Origin: Azolla caroliniana
Taxonomy: Eukaryota > Plantae > Polypodiophyta
DNA: 64,000 nt
Direction of reading: 5' to 3'
Assembly (NCBI GenBank): GCA_043228905.1
Contig: JBHGNT010000007.1
Location: 19,654,001 to 19,718,000, forward strand
In this document: positions 51,201 to 62,900 of the stretch, in pieces
Layout of the letters: the number at the start of each line of letters is the position of its first letter
Position numbering within the stretch: position 1 is the first letter of the stretch
Notes under the pieces: model-generated
What the model saw: only the letters and a program-made list of their open reading frames with translations
Databases searched by the model: none
What the model was told of the DNA's origin: nothing
Made by a program: the position numbers and the translations under genes

Positions 51201-53590
51201 GACCCCGACTCAGATTCGAATAAAGAGCAAATGGAGGAGCCGGTCACCGAAGCCCGAAGACGGAGATATCCTCTCAGAGAGAGAAGGGCCCCCCGGAGAT
51301 TTCCGGATGCAGAGCATGTTCTGCTGACCGATGAGGGGGAGCCAGAAAGCTTCGAAGAAGTGAAGGATGACACCCACAGCCGAAAATAGTTAAGTGCCAT
51401 GCAGGATGAGATGGATTCCCTACATGAGAACCATACGTACGAATTGGTGGAGTTGCCGAAAGGAAAGCGGGCACTCCGAAACAAGTGGGTGTACAAGTTG
51501 AAACCGGGAGATGCCGGCAACCCCCCGAGATACAAAGCCAGGATCGTGGTGAAGGGGTTCCAGCAGAAAAAGGGCGTGGACTTTGACGAGATATTTGCCC
51601 CAGTAGTAAAGATGACCTCCATCCGGACGGTGCTGAGTATAGTGGCAAGCATGGACCTCGAGGTAGAACAGATGGACGTGAAGACAACATTCCTTCACGG
51701 CGACCTCGAAGAGGAGATCTACATGCAGCAACCGAAGGGATTCGTGGAGAAAGGGAAGGAGCACCTGGTATGCCGGTTGAAGAAGAGCCTCTACGGGTTG
51801 AAGCAGGCCCCCCGGCAATGGTACTAGAAGTTCGACTCCTGCATGACCGATCAAGGGTACCACAAGACGCAGGCCGATCACTACGTGTTTGTGAAGAAGT
51901 TCGAAGGAGGCGACTTCCTGATACTCCTTCTGTACGTGGATGACATGTTGATCGTCGGACGAGACCAAGTCCAAATACGGATGCTGAAGAAGGCTCTCAA
52001 CCGGACCTTCTCAATGAAAGACTTGGGTCCGGTCAGACAGATGCTGGGGATGCATATTATCCAGAACCGGTCAGTGAAGCAATTATGGTTGTCACAGGAG
52101 AAGTACGTGACAAAGGTGCTTCACCGGTTCAACATGTCAGATGCGAAACCGGTCGAATCGACACTTCCGGCAAACTGCAGGTTATCCGGTAAGCAAAGCC
52201 CGAAGATGAAAGTAGAGAAGGCGGATATGATGAAGATTCCATATGCCTCTGCCATCGGAAGCTTGATGTACGCAATGGTGTGTACTCGACCAGATATAGG
52301 ATACGCAGTCGGAGTGGTGAGCCGGTTTATGAGCAATCCCGGCAAGGACCACTGGAACGCGGTCAAATGGATACTCCGGTATTTGAAGGGCACTTCAAAT
52401 ATGTGTCTCCGATTCAGCTCCGAAAAACCTCAACTTGACAGTTTCACCGATTCAGACATGTCGGCTGATGTGGATACGAACCGGTCTACATCCGGGTATG
52501 TAATGACATATGCAGGGGGAGCTGTTTCGTGGCAGTCGAGGCTGCAGAAGACGGTTGCGTTGTCAACCACGGAGGCGGAGTACATGGCGGCTGTGGAAGC
52601 CGGCAAGGAAATATTATGGATGAAGGACTTCATCGGAGAGCTTGGTATCCGGCAAGATGAATACCGGCTCTATTGCGACAGTCAAAGTGCCATCCACCTT
52701 GCTAAGAATGCGGCCTACCATTCCCGGACGAAGCATATCCAGCGAAGATATCATTGGATCCGGGAAAGAGTAGATGACCAGGAGTTCGCACTGACGAAGA
52801 TCCACACGGCCGAGAACGGGTCCGACATGCTGACCAAAGTGCTAATACCCGACAAGCTGGATGCATGCCGGAAGAGGATCAGACTAGTAAGACACCCCAT
52901 GCCGGAGTGAAGGGGGAGTTTGTTGGGAGACAGGTCCCTCCGGATGGTGAGAACCGGATGAGGAGTCCCCGGCTACGGAGAGCCGGATGGTACGGACAGC
53001 CGGATGGTGCAGACCCGGTGAGAACCGGATGAGGTGTACCCGGCTACGGAGAGCCGGATGGTGCAGACCCGGTGAGAACCGGATGAGGAGTACTCGGCTA
53101 CGGAGAGCCCGATGGTGCAGACCCGGTCAAGACCGGATGAAGAGACATATTCGTAAATATGTTTCTGAGAGTCCATCATGGCTATATTTGTAAATAGCCG
53201 AAAAGTCATATTAGTATAAATATGACTTAGGGAAAACTTTTTTTTAGTGTTGTTGTCATTATTGTTGGTGCAAGGAGAGAGAGAAAGCGCGTAATTGTGT
53301 ATAGAGCGAGAGAGAGAAAGAGGTCGTTGCCTCTGTTGTAACCGCCGCCTGTGGCGAGGATCATGAGCACGAGGTCGTTGCCTCCATGAACTCACTGTTG
53401 TACATTCTAACATAGTGATAGTTTGTAGCCTGTGGGCTGCTGTGGTTTTTCCCTTAGTTTGGGTTTTCCACATAAACATCCTGCGTACTCGTCTCTTCTT
53501 CATGTCGTTCATTATTTCCCATTTTCTGTGTATGATTCTAAGCTCTGTTGTGGCCGAGTGTTGCGTATACGGAACGTGTTGTTCCCGTCA
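48211..53590 (+). mobile_element. Ty1/copia element A4, full length, degenerate
   Basis: TSD ATAGG at 48206-48210 and 53591-53595; LTRs 48211-48855 and 52921-53590; PBS-Met 48858-48869; PPT about 52909-52918. Confidence 0.96.
48885..52910 (+). pseudogene. gag-pol: Copia A4 gag-pol with multiple stops and frameshifts
   Basis: Fragments 49135-50196, 50209-50637, 50616-50954, 51399-51827, 51843-52910. Confidence 0.93.
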
Positions 53591-53919
53591 ATAGGCCGAA
53601 GCCGAATCCGGATGGCAAGTACCCGGCAAGGAAGACCCGGTGAGAACCGGATGACGAATACCCGGCAAGGAAGACTCGGTGAGAACCGGATGACGAGTAC
53701 CCGGTGAGAACCGGATGTTGTAGGCCCGGTGAGAACTTCTCATCGGATGGAAAGGACATATATGTAAATATGTTCCAGAGATCCCACTGAGGGTATATTT
53801 GTAAATAGCCCGAAAGTCATATTAGTATAAATATGACCTAGTGCAAACATAATAGAATATGATGGAGAGTTGGTTGTAATATTATTGTGGCGGCGATAAT
53901 TCAGAGCGTAACTGTGTAT

Positions 53920-53975
<56 letters not shown>

Positions 53976-54247
53976 GAGGTTGTTGCCTCTGTTGTAACCG
54001 CCTGGTCGCGAAGCGAGGGAGCAAGTGTCAGAACCAAGGATAAAAGATAGAGTGATAGAAGAAGGATATTAGAGAACACGAGAAGAAAGGAACCAAATAC
54101 TAAGAGAAGAATGGATGTATAAGATAGAGAAAGAAAGAGAATGGGTACAAGATATGTAATGAGAGCTAAAGACTGGTGTTGATTCGAATTGATTTGAGAA
54201 TACATGTATGCCCTTATTTATAGGTTCCTATAGAATAGCTTAGAGAT

Positions 54248-54325
54248 TTCTAAAATGTTCTAGAATGTTCTAGACCTAGAATGCTCTAGGAAATTCTAGA
54301 ACATTCTAGAATATTCTAGAGTTTC
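54248..54325. promoter_or_regulatory. Heat shock element array in the T2 LTR
   Basis: TTCtaGAAcaTTCtaGAAtaTTC (54294-54316) and TTCtaGAAtgTTC (54258-54270), upstream of the TATA box. Confidence 0.8.
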
Positions 54326-54377
54326 TACAATAATCAATGTAATACAAGAAGTAGCTTTTATTATTTGATATAACAAT

Positions 54378-54447
54378 AAGCTATCTTAATGGTTGAGGTT
54401 TTCAAGTATCGATTACAAGGTTCGAGGTTCAAGTCCGGGTGACGCCA
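54378..54447 (+). other. tRNA-like Pol III A-box/B-box module in the T2 LTR
   Basis: TATCTTAATGG ... GGTTCAAGTCC ... GACGCCA. Confidence 0.6.
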
Positions 54448-54453
54448 TAATGG

Positions 54454-57400
54454 TCATGTGTTCATGACATTATCCCTCCTCCGAGAACGCCGAGTGGAAG
54501 TCGGCGTTAACATTGTTGGGCCAGGCTTGTTTGGATAGTGACGATGGAAGTCGTTGTCCAGAGCTTCAGCATTACAAACGTTATCGATGGGTTCCCAAGT
54601 GCGATCACTCAGAGGATAACCAAGCCAATCAACTAGATAATAAAGCTTATTGCGCACAATCTTAGAATCGAGAATAGTAGCTACCTCGTATTCGGGGTTG
54701 TACAGAAGGCAGTGGTGGCACGACACGATTAGGAATTAAAGAGGTGCGGCAAGGTTCCAAAAGAGAGCTATGAAAGATAGGGTGAAGCCGCATATGTGCA
54801 AGAAGGTTAAGACGAAATGTTGCATCATTAATTTGCGTCGTGATGACAAAAGGACCTAAGCGTTGATAGTCAAGCTTAGTACACGGTCGGGTAGTCTTGA
54901 TGTGACGACGAAGCAACCATACACGGTCACCAACCTTAAATGGAAACTTAAGACAATGTCGATCGGCATTGGTCTTATGGTGTGCTTGCGCTTTCTGAAG
55001 ATGTGACGATAACTCGAACTGGATTTGTTGTAGTCGGTGGAGGTGATGCGCCGCACTAGGGTTTCGTGACACCTCGGGAAGATCCAATATACACCATCGA
55101 GGGTGGTTGCCAGTGTAGGCAAAGAAAGGTGTAACTTTGGTGGAAGAGTGGACCGTGTTGTTGTATGCAAACTTGTCAAGATGTAAAATATTACTCCAAT
55201 CATCTTGTTGATAACTAATGAAACATCGAAGATATTGCTCGAGCGTTTGATTTGTGCGCTCTGTTTGTCCGTCAATTTGTGGATGATAAGCTGAAGAGAG
55301 TTTGCAAGAGATTTTGAGGCCTGCCCATAGGTGCTTCCAAAAGTGTGAGAGAAATTGAGGACCTCGATCATTAATAATATCATTCGGGAGATCATGATGG
55401 CGAAACACTTCATGCATAATGAGATCTGCAGTTTCTTCACTATTGATGGTCTTTACACATGGTACAAAATGTGCCATCTTGGTGAACCGATCCACTACTG
55501 TTAAAATAGTATCAAAGCCTTTGGAAAGTGGCAGATCCGTAATGAAATCCATAGAAATAGACTGCCATGGCTTGTTGGGAGAGGGTAATGGTTGTAGTAA
55601 GCCATAAGGGTGATGCCGGGGTATTTTGGCGCGACAGTAGGTGTCACAAGTGCGAACATAATCTTTGACAAATTTTTGCAAGTGAGGCCACCAAAAGGAA
55701 CGTTTCACCAGCTCAATGGTCTTGGAAATACCAAAATGTCCAGCCATGGGGGCATCATGACAATGTTCCAACACTTGAAGTCGGGGTGATCCGTTGGGGA
55801 CGTAAAGGAGATTCTTGTAGAAGAGTAAGACATCTTGCCACTTGAAGTCCTGATAATGTTGAGATGACCCTGGCAATGTGGAGCAAGATGGACGACTTGA
55901 ACCACAGTGGGCTAAGACATCCTTAGCAAAATCATCTGAATGAAGTTGTTGCCGAATAGTGTCAAGAAGGGTAGAATCAAGTGGCGTGGCATAAATTGTT
56001 GTTACCTGTAGCTTTGATGGCCTGAGGAGAGTTTGCTTTTGATTGTCAAAGGCTAGATCTCCAAGTCGAAGTGCTAGATACGAACGCCGAGACAGAGCAT
56101 CTGCTTTCCCTTGTTGTTTTCTGGGGCGAAAAATGATCTTGAAATCGAAACGCATTAGAAATTGGGCCCACCGAGCTTGTCGTCTATTTAATACTCGAGT
56201 TGTTTGAAAATATGTGAGATTTTTGTGATCACTATAAATGATAATCTGATGAGGTGATCCTTCTAGAAAATGACGTCATTGCTCGAATGAGTCGACCACA
56301 GCTAGTAACTCCTTGTCATGCACCTCATAGTTTATCTCCAAAACAGTAAATTTTCTCTAGTGAAACGCGACTAGATGTGTCTGCCCGTCCTCTCGTGGTT
56401 GCGATAGGATACTCCCCAATGCAAATTCTGATGCATCCGCCTCAATAGTAAATGGCTTTTCAGGATCAATATGTGCTAGGATGGGTGCTGATGTGAATGC
56501 CTCTTTCAACTGCGTAAAAGCCTTGTCCGCTTCGATACTCCAAAAAAATGCTTGATTTTTCTTGGTGAGTTGAGTAAGGGGCAACACAATGCTTGAATAA
56601 TTATGTATGCATTTGCGATAGAAGTTCGCAAATCCGAGGAAACACTGGACATCCCGAACTGAGCATGGGGGTTTCCATTCCAATATTGTTTGGACTTTTG
56701 CCGGGTCCATGAAAACACCTTGGGATGAAATAGTGTATCCCAAAAATTCGACTTGTTTGCAATCAAAACTACATTTCTCAAGTTTGGCATAAAGACCATA
56801 CTTCCTTAGGCATTCAAGTACTTGCCGCACATGTATATCATGCTCCCCCTGTGTCTTAGAGTAAATCAATAGATCATCTAGGTAGATGATTAGAAAAATA
56901 TCCAAGAAATCCTGGAAGATGTCATTTGCCATATGTTGGAATACCGCAGGTGCATTTGTGAGCCCGAAAGGCATGACTGTATACTCGAAATGGCCATACC
57001 GAGTACGAAATGCTGTTTTCCACTCATCTCCCGGCCGAATTCAAACAAGATTATATACAGCCCTTAGATCAATTTTGGTAAAATGCTTTGCCCCACCAAT
57101 GCGTTCTAAGAGATTGGAGATTAAAGGTAAAGCATACCTATTCCTTATGGTGACTTTATTTAAGCCTCGATAGTCCACGACCAAACGAAGGGAGCCGTCC
57201 TTTTTCTTCACAAAAAAGATAGGAGCACCAGCTGGAGACTTTGAATGTCAAATAAACCCATGTGCAAGATTTTCCTCGATGTATTCTCGAAGAACCTCAA
57301 GCTCAGTGGGTGATAAATTGTAAATCGGACCCCATGGTGGCTCTTTTCCTGGTTGGAGATCAATAGGACAGTCGTACGGCTGATGCTTTGGAAGAACGCT

Positions 57401-58920
57401 AGCTTTGACTTTGTCGAAAACATTAGCATAGTCTTGATATTTTTTGGGAATTTGGATGTCTGAATTCCCTTGAGTGACACTAGAATGTGTCACTAATACT
57501 GCAAATAAGAAAAGGTCCTCCTTGCCTCCCACTTGGTGCAATTGTTGCAATGTGATGGCTGAAATTTGATGAGAAGGATATGGTGCATCGGTAGAACTAT
57601 ATACTTCGGGAGGATAATCCCGAGTTCAATCCTTGACAATGATATTTTCTGCTAAAGGGCACCTAATTTCTCGCTTCCTCCAATTAATTCTAGGGTTATG
57701 TAGCTCGAACCATGGCAAACTGAGGACAATTGGATGCTCAGGACTACGGATTATGTTAAAGGTCTTCTAATTGGCTTAGGACTTCAAATTTATTGGACAA
57801 GGGTGGATTATTCATAATATTAGATTCACTAACTGCTTCTAAAATGTTGGACTCATTTTTATTGAGTTAGTGAATTTTGATTTACCTGACGTCTCGGCCT
57901 AGGGAGCAATGAATGGCTATATGTCCTGGACCTCCGCAATATAAGCACAGATGGTTCTCTTCGTCTGACAACGTTGCTTCTCTTCGTTTGACAACGGTCT
58001 TCGTCGTTGACTCATATCAATCTCCATGGGTGTAGGACTATCCATTGGGACTGGACTACGTGTTTGCCTTGGAGTTGGAGAAGGGCTATACATTTGCCTT
58101 GGGGATGATTGCGTCGTTACTGATGCATAAGTTGGTGCGAATCTTGATCTTGTTATTTGTTGTTGTCGCTCACATCGACGCTCAAAAAGGCGATTATCAC
58201 ACCGTATTGCTCGACTAATAGCTTCTGTAAGTGACCTTGGATCCTCAGGGAAGGTAAGAAGTAAATCTTAAGTTTGACATCACTACGAAGGCCTGAACGG
58301 AATTGCTCCATTAGGGCTTGTTCATCCCAAGGAATATCGCTTGCGATGAGACGGAAATTGGCAACATATGTCGAAGCTAGTTGATCACCTTGACGAAGTG
58401 TACGAATCTTGTTGATAGTTGTTCTCGCCCCATCAGTATCTCCGAAACAAGCCTTAAATTCCTTGATAAATTCCTCGAAATTATTCAGTAGAGGAGAATT
58501 GGTCTCTAGCAATGGAGCAAACCACGACAACACTATGCCAGTCAATAAAGTGCCCACTAGCCCGACTCGTGATGCATATGTTGGATAACGTGCGGGATGC
58601 ATTTGAATCACCAACCGTACTTGATTCAAAAACCCTCAGAAATGCGCCCTCGACCCATCAAATTTAGCTGGGAGGCTAATTTTGGGCTCCTTGATAAGTC
58701 CCTGACCTTCAACCCTTTGTTGTTGTAACACTACGATTGTCAACTCTAACTGTTGCACTCGTCGTGTGAACTCCTCTTGTTGTTGTTGCTTCTCTATAGT
58801 AACCTTTTGTAGATCCCCAAGTAGACATTGATTCTCTACTTCAAGAGATGTGAACTTGGATTTAAGGTTCTCCATTTCTGCAACAAGGGTGAGATATTCT
58901 TCTGAGTTAATGGCAGCCAT
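54454..58920 (-). pseudogene. gag-pol: T2 gag-pol with chromodomain; stops, frameshifts and damaged protease
   Basis: EPKISLPAKFDG gag, YLDDLL, EADASE, ISMDFITDLP, EYEVATILDS..YLVDWLGY..TWEP. Confidence 0.92.
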
Positions 58921-58967
58921 GGTTTCAGGATGGTTACAAAGGAGGATAAGAGAGAGAGAGAGAGAGA

Positions 58968-59151
58968 TGTCGAATACAAGTGTATAATGGACGTATTCAC
59001 ACTATCCTTTTGTATAGCTCAAGTTTGGGCCATTTGTGTAATTAGCATAAATGGTAGTTGCCCTAAGTCTGTCACTATATAAAGTGACCTAGTAACCTTT
59101 TTGTAAGGTTGGTTGTATTATTGTTTCTATCTAATAGAAAGACTCTTTGTG

Positions 59152-59197
<46 letters not shown>

Positions 59198-59284
59198 CAC
59201 GATCTCAGAAACTGTCATACGCAGGTTTCAACTAGAATCGAATGCTTCCTGATCTTCCGCATTGACGGCCTTGTCTCTCCAACA
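58968..59284 (+). repeat. 5' LTR of copia B2
   Basis: TG...CA ends; matches the B1 3' LTR. Confidence 0.95.
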
Positions 59285-59970
59285 TTTGGTATCAGAGCTT
59301 GGTTCCTCAACCCGCTGTCGGCCGTCATCACCGCCTGCACAGCATTCGGTTTCTTGCGTCATTCGAAGAAGAGAGAAGAAGAAGAAAAACGAGGCTTGCA
59401 TCTCATCGCGTTAGATCATCTTCGCTTGGAGTAAGCCAGCCGGTTGTACTATGTTCCTTGTGATCGTAACCGCTCGAGGTGAAATCCCCTTGTGCAACAT
59501 TGACACGATCGTGCTCCACTCGGTTAAACGGCATCCGAAGAGGTCATCAAACGCTGCTCGCAGCTCATTGTAACCACTCGGTGCAGATCGGTCTCAAGAC
59601 AACAACCCCAATTCGTGCTTCATCCGGCTGATCAACATTCGGGAGGATCAGTTGGATCCGTCTCTCTCGTCGCTGCAGTCACCCGAAGCAGAATCGGTCC
59701 AGACAATCGGTTTCAATAATCGGTACTTCGCATATATATTCGGAAGCGAACCGGGCTCACTCCGACTCGGCAACATTCGGGAAGACCAGTCGGTTCCGTC
59801 CCTCAAGTTACCGGAGTCAATTCGAGCAAGTTCAACAATACATATATCCGAAGCCGAACCGACTCGGGTTCAAATCCGACTAGAACGATATCGGGTGAGC
59901 CAACCGGCTGCACTCCAACAAGGTTCGTAGTCAACTCCGAACCGAGCTTCGTCAACCGAAACCAAATTTG

Positions 59971-62900
59971 ATGGCATCAACATCCGGCTCGTCAGAAATG
60001 AGTCTACGAAAGTTCGATGGATCGAACTTCAACTTCTGGAAGGAGCAAATGCAGGACTATCTCATAGTCAAGGGGCAAATCGATCCCATCGAAAATGAAG
60101 AACCTCCAGAAGGATACAAACCAATTGAGTGGCAGAAGCTGGACAGAATCGTCCGCGCCACGATTCGGATGCACCTATCGGAATCGGTATACTTTACGGT
60201 GCAATCGTGTACGACAGCATTCGAACTGTGGAAAACATTGTCGGACACCTACGAAAAGAAGGTCGCCGCAACAAAGATGTTTCTGATCCGGCGCCTCTAC
60301 AACTTGCGGATGAAAGAATCAGATTCGGTTCAAGCACATCTCAATGAGTACGAAAGCATAAGCTCCCAAATCTCATCTCAGGGGACGGCAATCGAGGATG
60401 AACTCAGAGCAATGATACTCATGAGCAGCCTTCCCTCATCATGGGAAACTTTCGTCACAACCGTGTGCAACGCGTCAACCACGGCTGTTAAATACTCCGA
60501 AGTCACGAGCGCAATCCTGACCGAAGTAGCTCGGAGAAAGTCTTTCGCCAAAGACTCAACAGACGACGCTTATGTAGTACAAGGTTCAACAGACCGATCG
60601 AACATACGAGGAAGAGATTCCTCACGGCAGCCGAACAATCAGCGAAGACGGAGCCAGTCACGGGATAACCGAATCTGCAACTATTGCAAGAAACCCGGAC
60701 ACATCAAAGCCGACTGCCGCGCACTCAAGAACAAGAACGACAAGTCTCAGAAATCAGACAAGAAGAGTGGCCGGCATGAGGAGATCAATTACGTCAGCTT
60801 CTCAGCTGACGTGCTACCAAACGACCCGAATATACTATCAATCGAAAATCCAGTCGGATCAGAAGTTCTGCTCACGACTGAAGAATCGAGCACATGGCTC
60901 TTAGATTCGGGTGCGTCATTTCACGTGACTCCTCATCGATCCCAATTTCGGCAATATACGATCCGTCACTCCGACTCAGTTCGAGTCGGCAACTCGCAAC
61001 ACTGCGACATCATTGGAATCGGCACAGTAGAGCTCAACCTTGCAGGTGGCTCTACACTTGTACTTCACAATGTCCGACATGTACCCGAGCTCTCAAGGCC
61101 ATTGATCTCAGTCGGACAACTAGATGAAGACGGCATTCGTGCCGGTTTTTCTTCGGGAGGGTGGACACTCCACAGGGGGAACCTCCTGCTTGCTAGAGGA
61201 CCCAAGATACACTCACTGTATCCGTTACATGTTACGCTCAGAGAGGGTAACCTGTTTTTGGTGGATATTCCTGTGTCATCACTATGGCACAGAAGATTAG
61301 GACACCTCAGCAAGGCCGGCATTACGCACCTATCTAGAGCCGGATACATCCCTAAACTCTCCTTCTCGAACCATCAATTCTGCGAACATTGCCAGTATGG
61401 CAAACAGGCAGCCGCATCACACCCGACATCAGCACCAAGAGAAACGAGACCTCTCGATTTAGTCCACTCGGACGTCTGTGGCCCAATGCCGCATCAGTCT
61501 CTCGGCGGTGCCTCTTACTTCGTCAGTTTTATTGATGATTCGACTCGAAAGGTGTGGGCTTATCCAATTCGCACCAAAGATCGTGTCTTCTCGATCTCCT
61601 CCGATTGGCTCGCTATGGTGGAAAATCAAACTGACCGAAAACTGAAATGCTTTCGGACCGACAATGGGGGAGAGTTCAAATCCGAAGAATTCGTCAAATT
61701 CTGCCGACAACGCGGCATCCGACGTGAATTTACGGCACCACACAGTCCGGAGCAAAACGGGATTGCAGAACGCATGAATCGGACAATCCAAGAACGGATA
61801 GTTTCCATGCTCCAACACTCCAGACTGTCGGATGGCTTCTGGGCAGAGGCTCTACTCACGGCAGTACACATAATCAATATGTCGCCAAGTAGACCTCTAG
61901 GACTTCAAATTCCTCAGGAACTATGGATCGGCAGTAAGCCGAATTACGACAAGCTGAGGATCTTCGGATGCGAGGCGTACGCCCTTATTCCGAAAGATGA
62001 TCGCCGAAAACTTGCACCTCGGTCTTGGAAATGCATTTTCCTTGGATATGGATCAGACGGCGAAATGGGATACCGACTCTGGGACCCCGAACGCAGACAA
62101 ATCGTTCGAAGTTCGGACGTTGTGTTCAACGAGTCGGCTATGACTCCATCAGTCGAAACACCGATCGAAGTCCGAAGGGTAACATTTTCCGATGTGCCGA
62201 CCCTTCAAGAAGGCCCCACTCTTAACACACGGTCAGCTTCACGGGTAGCTGAACCTTACACTACCGACTCGGACAACTCCGACTCGGCACAGCAGAATAA
62301 CTCGCTTCCGGACCATCCGACCTCGATACCCGATACGACCAGTCCAATCATACCTCGACGATCCGAGAGACTGTCGCAACCTCCGGAGAGGTATTCTCCT
62401 GGAATTTTCTTCACCGACACCGGCGAACCGACGTCTTACGAAGAAGCATCGACATCTGTCGATTCAGCCACCTGGCATCTGGCGATGGAGTCGGAAATGC
62501 ACTCCATTCGGGCAAAGAAGACTTGGGACCTGGTCGAATTACCGAAGAATCGACGTGCTCTTCCTTGCAAGTGGGTCTATCGACTAAAAGAGACGTCTGA
62601 TTCGACCACCCCAAAGTACAAGGCCAGATTAGTTGCGAAGGGCTTCCGACAAGAATATGGCGTCGACTTCGACGAGATTTTTTCACCAGTGGTGAAAATG
62701 ACAACCCTTCGTTTTCTACTCGGCGTAGTGGCAGCCGACAACTTGGAGCTGATTCAGCTAGATGTCAAAACAGCCTTCCTCCATGGTGATCTTGAAGAGG
62801 AAATTTATATGGAGCAGCCAAAAGGCTTCGTGGCAACTGGCCAAGAACATCTAGTCTGCCGACTCAGGAAGAGTCTATACGGCCTCAAACAGGCACCGCG

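Larger units (their letters stand above)
48136..54025 (+). repeat. Family-A-related copia LTR split by A4 (pieces 48136-48210 and 53596-54025) and again by T2
   Basis: Starts TGTTAGGAAACAGG like the A3 LTRs; continues after the ATAGG TSD with CCGG repeats, TATA and (AG)n. Confidence 0.82.
54026..54469 (-). repeat. 3' LTR of T2
   Basis: Inverted 5-bp ends, PPT adjacent, TATAAATA on the minus strand about 54215-54222. Confidence 0.88.
54026..58967 (-). mobile_element. Tcn1-like gypsy chromovirus T2, degenerate; 5' LTR displaced beyond the window by B2
   Basis: 3' LTR 54026-54469 (TGTCA...TGACA), PPT 54473-54483, chromodomain, integrase, RNase H, RT, gag start at 58920. Confidence 0.92.
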
